Of a DNA stretch of 64,000 nt, positions 57,683 to 64,000 are shown one piece after another; the first letter of the stretch is position 1, and each line of letters begins with the position of its first letter. Below the pieces are notes generated by a model, which was not told the DNA's origin, ran no database searches, and saw nothing but the letters and a program-made list of their open reading frames with translations. The stretch is taken from assembly GCA_035540955.1 (NCBI GenBank), contig DATLFP010000252.1:22884-86883 (forward strand). Direction: 5' to 3'. This DNA is from Acidimicrobiales bacterium. GTDB taxonomy: Bacteria > Actinomycetota > Acidimicrobiia > Acidimicrobiales > CADCSY01. A program made the position numbers and the translations under genes.

Positions 57683-57729
57683 TTGACAGGGTCAGGGTCG
57701 GCCTCAATACTGAACCAATGAGTTCAGTA
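57683..57729 (+). promoter_or_regulatory. candidate promoter (TTGACA-17-AATACT) plus 8-bp inverted repeat TACTGAAC-N6-GTTCAGTA straddling the arsR start codon
   Basis: TTGACA 57683..57688, AATACT 57706..57711, ATG at 57718 (7 nt after the -10 box, no SD). The palindrome 57708..57729 overlaps the -10 box and the ATG. Confidence 0.45.
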
Positions 57730-58053
57730 ACATCGGTCGCGCGGACCATGGCCGCGCTTGCCGACCCGACGAGGGTGGAGATCGTCGATCGCCTGAGTGC
57801 AGGCCCGGCGTCGGTCACCGAGCTGGCGGGTGACTTCCCGATGTCGCTGCGCGGGGTGCTCAAGCACGTGCACGTGCTCGAGGATGCCGGGCTCGTCCAC
57901 ACGCAGAAGCGCGGCCGCGTTCGGCAGTGCCAGCTGCGGCCGACCGCCCTCGCGGCGACGGCCCGCTGGCTGGAAGAGCGGCGACACCGTTGGGAGCGCC
58001 GCCTCGATCACCTCGAGGACTACCTGCGAGACAACGACGAGGAGAGCTCATGA
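57718..58053 (+). CDS. ArsR/SmtB family transcriptional regulator
   Basis: ORF 57568..58053 trimmed to ATG 57718. ALADPTRVEIVDRLSAGPASVTELAGDFPMSLRGVLKHVHVLEDAGLV. Confidence 0.85.
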   Translation: MSSVTSVARTMAALADPTRVEIVDRLSAGPASVTELAGDFPMSLRGVLKHVHVLEDAGLVHTQKRGRVRQCQLRPTALAATARWLEERRHRWERRLDHLEDYLRDNDEESS

Positions 58054-58487
58054 GCGAGAGCACCACCCTGCGGATCGAGCGCGTCTTCAACGCGCGGCCA
58101 CGCGCCGTCTTCCGGGCGTGGACCACTCGAGAGGCGATGGAGGAGTGGTACCGAGATGGCGAAGACTTCGTCGCTCGCGTCACCGAGCTCGATGTCCGCG
58201 TCGGGGGTCGCTACCGGGTCGAGTTCGGCCCGTCCGGCCAGGAGCCGTTCGTCGAGTACGGCGAGTACCTCGAGATCGACCCGCCACATCGGTTGGTGAT
58301 GACCGAGGCGCTGGAGGGCGTCGACTCGCCGTGGGCGGGGACGCGCGTCACCGTCGAGCTCGAGGAGGTCGACGGCAAGACCCGGCTCACGATGACCCAC
58401 TCGGAGTTCCCCACGGCCGGACATCGCGACATCGCGGCCAGCGGTTGGCCCGGCTTCCTCGACCGAATCGAGTCGCTGGTGCAATGA
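58050..58487 (+). CDS. SRPBCC-fold protein (Aha1/activator of Hsp90 ATPase homologue-like)
   Basis: ATGA overlap with arsR. LRIERVFNARPRAVFRAWTTREAMEEWY...GGRYRVEF. The arsR-SRPBCC pair is a common two-gene unit. Confidence 0.8.
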   Translation: MSESTTLRIERVFNARPRAVFRAWTTREAMEEWYRDGEDFVARVTELDVRVGGRYRVEFGPSGQEPFVEYGEYLEIDPPHRLVMTEALEGVDSPWAGTRVTVELEEVDGKTRLTMTHSEFPTAGHRDIAASGWPGFLDRIESLVQ

Positions 58488-58508
58488 CGAGGGCGCTGGG
58501 TCCCTCGC

Positions 58509-61500
58509 TCAGATGGTCGATGTGGAGTGTTCGGCCAGCGCTGACCGCAGGCGTTGACTGTCTGGTCGAGTGAGGAGCCAGAGACCGTGACCGGCGGAGA
58601 TGCCGATGGAGGCGGTGGGCTGCAGCACGCTCTCGGCCTCCTGGCGCTCTCCCTCGGCGAGGGCGGCCGCGGCGAGGACCTCCGAGGCGAGGGCGGCAAC
58701 CCCGGCGTCGGTGAGCGAGGTCATCGTCGAGAGGGCCTCCGTGGCGAGACGCCTTGCCTCGGTGCTGTTGTCTCGGTCGAGCTCGACCCAGCCTGCAAGG
58801 GCCCGTGCAAGCGCTGACTCTGCGGCGGCGCCGAGGTCGGCAAAGGCGGACGTGGCGGCGTCGAGATGGCGGCGGGCGGCGTCGAGCTCGCCGCGTCCAC
58901 GGGCGACGAGGCCTCGGCCGAGGGTTGCGAGGGCCGTTCCCCAACGGCTCCGACCGATGGCGATGGATGCCATGTGTGCGTCGTCGGCGCCCCGGAGGTC
59001 GCCCGCGGCCTGTCGCACGAACCCGAGACGGGAGAGGGCCCACTGCCGGTAGCTCGGGATGTCGAGGGTCTCGGTGAGACGGAGGATGGCCTCGGCGTCT
59101 CTGGCCGCGTCATCGAGCCTTCCCTCGAGCTCGGCGACGGTGAGCAGGGCGGTGCGAGCCTCGATGCTGAGCGTGGGGTCTCCGAGCTCGTCGAACCGTC
59201 TGACGGCGCTGGCGGCGAGGTCGGCGGCTTGCTCGTTGCGGCCCAGTCGCAGCATCGTGCCGGCGGCGAGCATCTCGGCGGTGCCGACGAACCAGGGCTC
59301 TTCGGTGGCGGCGGCCGCAGCCATCCCGTCCTCGACGAGTCGCAGCTGGAGGTCGACGTCCCAGCCTCGTTGGGTCAGGTTGACGCGCAGCAGCATCGCC
59401 TTGGCCGTGGCAATGGGATCGCCGGCGTCGATGACGTCGTCCATCGCCGCCTCGAGGTCGACGCCGGCGTGGATCTCGGCGATGACCGCGCGGTGGCCTG
59501 ACGCGTTTGCCAGGTAGTAGGCCCACCAGATCTCGACGAGACCACGTTCAGCGGGTGCAGCCTCCCCCTCGACTTCGAGAGCCCGCCGGCAGAAGCGGGC
59601 GCCTTCGGGCCAGTCGCCGATCAGGAACCAGAGCCATGCCAGGTCGTCGCAGTAGCGGAGGGCGGCGGCGGCGGCGTTCGTCTGGTCGAGCCAGCCGAGA
59701 GTGGACCAGAGGTTGTCGATGTCGGGCGCGAGCTCACGGCGCACGACGAGCGCTTCGCCCGAACGCATGCGGGGTTCGGCGTGTTCGGCAAGCTGCCGGT
59801 AGTACTCGGCGTGGCGGTGCCGAAGCATGCTGACATCGCCGTCGAGGCGTTCTCGGGCGTAGTGCGACAGCGTCTGCAGCATGCGGTATCGGGGCTGGTC
59901 ACCGTGGCTGTCCGGAACGACGAGGGACCGCTCCACCAGCCGTCCCAGCAGGTCGAGGATGGCTGGTCGTGGAAGGTCCTCGTCTGCGCAGATCGCTTCT
60001 GCGGCGTGCAGGCTCCATCCTCCGGTGAACACCGAGAGCCGTCCGAAGAGCCGGCGCTCGTCGTCGGAGAGCAGCTCGTAGCTCCAGTCGACCACGGCCC
60101 GCAGCGTCTGCTGCCGGGGGAGAACGGTGCGGGCGCCGCCGGTCAGCAGCTGGAAGCGGTCGTCGAGGCGGTCGGCGATCTGTGTGAGCGGTAGTGCGCG
60201 GGCCCGGCCGGCGGCGAGCTCGATCGCCAGGGGCAGCCCGTCCAGCCGTTCGCAGATGCGCTCGACAACTGACAGGGCGACCTCGTCGATATCGAGGTCA
60301 GGGCGGACCGCTCGGGCTCGGGTCAGGAAGAGGTCAGTGGCTGCCTGGGGATCGAGCGAGCCGAGTGGGAACAAGGTCTCGCCCGACACGCCGAGAGGCT
60401 CGCGGCTGGTGGCGAGAACGCGAAGGTGGGGCGAGCGTCCGAGGAGCTCGGCGACGACCTCCGCAACCCGCTCGACGACGTGCTCGCAGTTGTCGAGCAC
60501 GAGCAGCACCGGGCGGTGGTCGAGCTGGTTGACGATGGCGGTGAGCGGTGAGCTTGCGCTCCCGGCAGGATGCTCGCTGGTGCGGGCGCCGAGGGCAGAC
60601 GCGATCGCCGGCACCACGCCTGCGGGGTCTCGCACCGACTCGAGGGCGACGAACCAGGACCCGCCGTCCGGCACCTGGAGCATCCCCACCTCGGTGGCGA
60701 GGCGGGTCTTTCCGGCTCCGCCGGGCCCGACAACCGTGACGAGGCGGTGCTCGACGAGCAGGGAGGTGAGGTCGTCACGCTCCCGGCTGCGACCGATGAG
60801 AGGGGTGAGCGGCTGGGCCAGGTTGCCCTTGATCGGCGGTGGGGCCACCGCCGCGAGGGTTTCGTCGTGGCCGAGGATGCGTGCTTCGAGCTCCTTGAGC
60901 GCGGGGCCGGGTTCGACGCCGACCTCCTCGATCAGCGCTGACCGCGCCCGCTGATAGGCGCGCAGCGCGTCCGCCTGCCGTCCGGTGCGGTACAGCGCAA
61001 GCATGAGCAGCTCCCAGAACCGCTCGCGGGTGGGATGCTCGGCGACGAGCCCTTCGAGCTCGTTCGTGACCTCGTGCGCTCGTCCAACGGCGAGCAGGGC
61101 CTCCGCCCGCAGCTCGATGGCCCGATGCCGGAGCTCGTGGAGGCGGCTTCGCTCGGGTGTGGCGATCTCTGCGGCGTCGACGTCGACGAGCGGGTCGCCT
61201 CGCCAGAGCTGGAGAGCCCGGTCGAGCAAGCGGGTTGCCGACGGCGCGTCACCCGCGTGGACGGCCTCGGCGCCCCGGTGGATGAGCTCGTCGAAGGCGT
61301 CGAGATCCAGCTGGCCGGGCTCGAGACCGAGCAGGTAGCCGGCCTCGACCGACCGGATCGCGTCCGATCCGAGCAACCGGCGGAGCTGAGAGACCTGCGC
61401 CTGCAGCGCGTTCGCGGGGTTGCCCGGCGGCTGGTCCCAGAGGCCGTCGATGAGCCGGTCGACGGACACGGGGCGACCACGTCCGAGCAGCAGGAGACTC

Positions 61501-61589
61501 AGCAGCGCGCGCTGCTTCGAGCCCCGCACGACCAGGTCGTCACCGTCCGTCGTCGTGACCTGCAGCGGCCCGAGCAGCCCGAACTGCAC
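58509..61589 (-). CDS. SARP/AfsR-type regulator: OmpR-like winged helix + BTAD + NB-ARC P-loop ATPase + TPR
   Basis: N-terminus FGLLGPLQV...RALLSLLLL..VSVDRLIDGLW. BTAD (DLDAFDELI...ALQLWRGDPL...LMLALYRTGRQADALRAYQRAR). Walker A VVGPGGAGKTRLA, Walker B LLVLDNCEHV. Long TPR-like C-terminus. Confidence 0.85.
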   Translation of the reverse strand: MQFGLLGPLQVTTTDGDDLVVRGSKQRALLSLLLLGRGRPVSVDRLIDGLWDQPPGNPANALQAQVSQLRRLLGSDAIRSVEAGYLLGLEPGQLDLDAFDELIHRGAEAVHAGDAPSATRLLDRALQLWRGDPLVDVDAAEIATPERSRLHELRHRAIELRAEALLAVGRAHEVTNELEGLVAEHPTRERFWELLMLALYRTGRQADALRAYQRARSALIEEVGVEPGPALKELEARILGHDETLAAVAPPPIKGNLAQPLTPLIGRSRERDDLTSLLVEHRLVTVVGPGGAGKTRLATEVGMLQVPDGGSWFVALESVRDPAGVVPAIASALGARTSEHPAGSASSPLTAIVNQLDHRPVLLVLDNCEHVVERVAEVVAELLGRSPHLRVLATSREPLGVSGETLFPLGSLDPQAATDLFLTRARAVRPDLDIDEVALSVVERICERLDGLPLAIELAAGRARALPLTQIADRLDDRFQLLTGGARTVLPRQQTLRAVVDWSYELLSDDERRLFGRLSVFTGGWSLHAAEAICADEDLPRPAILDLLGRLVERSLVVPDSHGDQPRYRMLQTLSHYARERLDGDVSMLRHRHAEYYRQLAEHAEPRMRSGEALVVRRELAPDIDNLWSTLGWLDQTNAAAAALRYCDDLAWLWFLIGDWPEGARFCRRALEVEGEAAPAERGLVEIWWAYYLANASGHRAVIAEIHAGVDLEAAMDDVIDAGDPIATAKAMLLRVNLTQRGWDVDLQLRLVEDGMAAAAATEEPWFVGTAEMLAAGTMLRLGRNEQAADLAASAVRRFDELGDPTLSIEARTALLTVAELEGRLDDAARDAEAILRLTETLDIPSYRQWALSRLGFVRQAAGDLRGADDAHMASIAIGRSRWGTALATLGRGLVARGRGELDAARRHLDAATSAFADLGAAAESALARALAGWVELDRDNSTEARRLATEALSTMTSLTDAGVAALASEVLAAAALAEGERQEAESVLQPTASIGISAGHGLWLLTRPDSQRLRSALAEHSTSTI

Positions 61590-61630
61590 GCCCGGAGACG
61601 CTAGGACAGCGACCGCGTCCTGAGGCGCCG

Positions 61631-61660
61631 CCTCAGCGCGTCCTCAGCGCCTCCTCAGGA
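61631..61660. repeat. three direct repeats CCTCAGCG / CCTCAGCG / CCTCAGGA at exact 11-bp spacing in the SARP-MMPL divergent intergenic region
   Basis: Units start at 61631, 61642 and 61653. An inverted copy CCTGAGG lies at 61619..61625. Embedded palindromes are CTGAGGCG-c-CGCCTCAG (61620..61636) and CCTCCT-c-AGGAGG (61650..61662). Confidence 0.55.
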
Positions 61661-61718
61661 GGTTCCTCGACGCTCCCTTCGCGGCCCGGCGGTCGGGCCG
61701 GGACCCTGGGAGGGAACG

Positions 61719-63842
61719 ATGTTCGCAAAGTGTGGAAGGTTCGCGTATCGCCGACGGCGCCTGATCGTGGGCGCATGGCTCGCGTTGCTGATCGTCGGCA
61801 TGACCGTCGGAAGCGGGGTGATGGCCCGCTTCTCGACCGCCATGGATGGCGCCAGAGGGAGCGAGTCGGAGCGGGTTCACCACCTGGTCCACGAGCTGCG
61901 CCCGCATGGCCGCTCGGTCGTGGCGGTGGTCGAGGCCGACGTCGATGATCCGGTGGTGCGCGAGCAGGTCTCGGCGGCGGCGGCCGAGATCCGCCGGGCC
62001 GACGGAGTGGCCGCCGTGTTGGACCGCTACTCCGGCGGCAAGGAGCGTCTCACGTCCACGGACGGCCAGGCATCGCTTGTGGTGGTCGTCCTCGAGGGCG
62101 ACCTGGAACACGTCGCCGAGCACCGCGTGGCAGTCACGGTGCGGGAGCGGATGAAGGAGATCACCGCCGCCAGCGTCAAGGTCGGCGGGCCCACGCTCGT
62201 CGATGAGGAGTTCGCCGAGGCGATCGAGCGTGACCTGCGCAAGGGCGAGTCGATGGCGCTCCCGGTGGCGTTCGTCGCGATGATCTTCATCTTCGGCGGT
62301 GTGCTCGTCGCGGGCCTGCCGCTGCTCGTGGCCCTCGTCTCGGTGGCCGGGATGATGCTCGTGTTGCTGGGCCTGACCCATGTCACCGACGTCTCCGCGT
62401 ACGCGTTGAACGTGGTGTTCATGTTCGGGATCGGGCTGGGCATCGACTACGGCTTGCTCGTGGTCAGCCGCGTTCGCGAGGAGAAGGCCGCGGGGCTCGA
62501 CGTCGCCGCCGCCATCGAGCGCACGGTCGCCACCGCCGGACGGACCGTCGCGTTCTCCGCCATGACCGTCGCCGTCGCGCTCTGCGGGCTCTTCGCCTTC
62601 GGCACTCCGGTGTTCGAGTCCTTCGCGATCGCCGGCATCGGTGTCGTGCTGCTCAGCATGGCGGCATCGGTCACCTTCCTGCCGGCCCTGCTGGCGGTGA
62701 CCTGGAAGCGCGTCAAGCCCGCACGCTCGCGAGCGGCCGACGACGGGTTCTTCTACCGGCTCGCTGCCGCCGTGCAGCGCCGCGCGCTGCCGGTCGCCGG
62801 CGGTGTGGCCGTCCTCCTCATCGCGCTTGGCGCCCCCTTCCTCGGCGCACGCTTCGAGAACGGCGACGCCCGCTCCCTTCCCTCGGGCTCAGAGGCCCGG
62901 GCCGTCGCCCTCACCGTTGCGGAGCGCTTCCCGTCGCACGGCGCCGACCCGGTGCTCGTCGTCGCCGAAGCAGCCCAGGACCAACCAGCGTTGATCCGCT
63001 ACATGGCGGCCCTCGCCGAGCGCGACGGCGTCGCCGCGGTCAGCTCCTGGACGGCGGAGGAGCAGGGTGTCACGGTGGTCGAGGTCGTGCCCGAGGGCGC
63101 CAGCCAGGGCGACCACGCCCAGCGTCTTGTCCGCCAGATCCGCGACGACCGGCCCGGCTTCGCCACCGAGGTCGGCGGCACGGCCGCACTGCTGGTCGAC
63201 ACCAAGGCGAACATCGCCTCCCGGCTCCCGATCGCCTTCGCCGTCATCGCCGCCGCGACCTTCGTGCTGCTCTTCCTGATGACCGGCTCGCTTGCCGTGC
63301 CGCTCAAGGCGATCGCCATGAACGTGCTGTCGCTCGGCGCCACCTTCGGCGGGCTCATCCTCGTCTTCCAGAACGGCCACCTGTCGGGCGTTCTCGGGTT
63401 CGAACCCGTGGGCTCGGTCGACCTGTTCATGCCGGTGCTCATCTTCATCTTCGCCTTCGGGCTCTCCATGGACTACGAGGTCTTCCTCCTTGCTCGCATC
63501 AAGGAGGCGTACGACGAGACCGGAGACAACGACCTCGCGGTCCGACTCGGACTGCAGCGCAGCGGCAGGATCGTCACGTCGGCGGCGCTCCTCATCGTCG
63601 TCGTCTTCGCCGGGTTCGCCAGCGGCGAGGTGCTCGGCATCAAGCAGCTCGGCTTCGGGCTCGCCCTCGCCGTCATCGTCGACGCCACCGTCGTCCGATC
63701 GGTCCTCGTGCCCGCCACCATGCAGCTGCTCGGAGACCGGAACTGGTGGGCACCCCGCCCGCTACGGCGGCTCCACGATCGGTTCGGCATCAGCGAGGCC
63801 GAGCCGGTGGTCGTTCGGGCGGCCGAGATGGTCACCGCCTGA
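61719..63842 (+). CDS. MMPL family (RND superfamily) transporter
   Basis: Two 6-TM bundles with the MMPL repeats (GIGLGIDYGLLVVSRVREE and AFGLSMDYEVFLLARIKE), each preceded by a soluble loop. GGGAGGG precedes the ATG. Confidence 0.9.
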   Translation: MFAKCGRFAYRRRRLIVGAWLALLIVGMTVGSGVMARFSTAMDGARGSESERVHHLVHELRPHGRSVVAVVEADVDDPVVREQVSAAAAEIRRADGVAAVLDRYSGGKERLTSTDGQASLVVVVLEGDLEHVAEHRVAVTVRERMKEITAASVKVGGPTLVDEEFAEAIERDLRKGESMALPVAFVAMIFIFGGVLVAGLPLLVALVSVAGMMLVLLGLTHVTDVSAYALNVVFMFGIGLGIDYGLLVVSRVREEKAAGLDVAAAIERTVATAGRTVAFSAMTVAVALCGLFAFGTPVFESFAIAGIGVVLLSMAASVTFLPALLAVTWKRVKPARSRAADDGFFYRLAAAVQRRALPVAGGVAVLLIALGAPFLGARFENGDARSLPSGSEARAVALTVAERFPSHGADPVLVVAEAAQDQPALIRYMAALAERDGVAAVSSWTAEEQGVTVVEVVPEGASQGDHAQRLVRQIRDDRPGFATEVGGTAALLVDTKANIASRLPIAFAVIAAATFVLLFLMTGSLAVPLKAIAMNVLSLGATFGGLILVFQNGHLSGVLGFEPVGSVDLFMPVLIFIFAFGLSMDYEVFLLARIKEAYDETGDNDLAVRLGLQRSGRIVTSAALLIVVVFAGFASGEVLGIKQLGFGLALAVIVDATVVRSVLVPATMQLLGDRNWWAPRPLRRLHDRFGISEAEPVVVRAAEMVTA

Positions 63843-63864
63843 CGCACCGGCCTCCCAGGGCGAG

Positions 63865-63893
63865 CAGGGCCAGCGGCCGAGCCGCTGGCCCTG
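63865..63893. terminator. stem-loop terminator after the MMPL gene
   Basis: CAGGGCCAGCGGC-cga-GCCGCTGGCCCTG, a 13-bp perfect stem with a 3-nt loop, 23 nt after the stop codon. Confidence 0.65.
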
Positions 63894-64000
63894 CCTCGCG
63901 TCTGCCTCGACGGTGGCGCCTGCGGTAGGTCTGCTCCGGACGCAACCCGGGCCGAGGTGACCCCTCGCCTGCGAACGACGGAGAGGTCAGCGCGTCGTAG

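Overview
High-GC (about 70% by eye) actinobacterial-type chromosomal segment. It is almost entirely densely packed core housekeeping genes, many with 1-14 nt start/stop overlaps. I support about 68 CDS, 2 tRNA-Thr genes, a CIRCE operator, several stem-loop terminators and a small family of about 49-nt palindromic repeats. I recognised no rRNA, CRISPR array, transposase, integrase or phage gene. Gene order: (MFS fragment)-tmk-holB-tRNA-Thr; ECF sigH-rshA-small membrane ORF-DUF2342 metalloprotease; orphan response regulator; tilS-hpt-ftsH; folE-[FkbM methyltransferase]-folP-[PTP/DSP-like protein]-folB-folK; DUF2520-panC-panD-nadB-nadC; coaX-lysS; F420/LLM oxidoreductase; arylamine N-acetyltransferase and polyprenyl synthase (minus strand); clpC; PAS-GAF-PP2C-HATPase protein; radA-disA; dienelactone hydrolase; crp; PIN/TRAM(yacL-like)-ispD-ispF-rlmB; Bacillus sigma-H-type sigma factor; tRNA-Thr; DUF3263-LytR_C; lipoprotein; otsB/otsA; glycerate kinase; AI-2E transporter; FAD oxidoreductase-gpgS-ferredoxin-DUF6159 operon (minus strand); CIRCE-groEL; SpoIID/LytB protein and SF2 helicase (minus strand); hemQ; livHMGF-yciI with a convergent solute-binding lipoprotein; padR-membrane protein; arsR-SRPBCC; SARP/NB-ARC/TPR regulator divergent from an MMPL transporter. 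The order tilS-hpt-ftsH ... folP-folB-folK ... coaX/lysS ... clpC-radA-disA-yacL-ispD-ispF-rlmB-sigH matches the origin-proximal region of Bacillus subtilis as I remember it. Observations I consider most worth follow-up: (1) two non-canonical, translationally coupled genes inside the folate operon, an FkbM methyltransferase and a PTP-fold protein whose catalytic Cys is replaced by His; (2) five 49-50 nt palindromes with conserved GTTCYG...CRGAAC termini at gene 3' ends; (3) three CCTCAG(CG) direct repeats at exact 11-bp spacing between the SARP regulator and the MMPL gene; (4) a clear orthologue of Firmicutes sigma-H behind a structured 246-bp AT-richer leader; (5) a SpoIID/LytB protein that looks circularly permuted. 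All family assignments come from motif recognition by eye; no database search was run.
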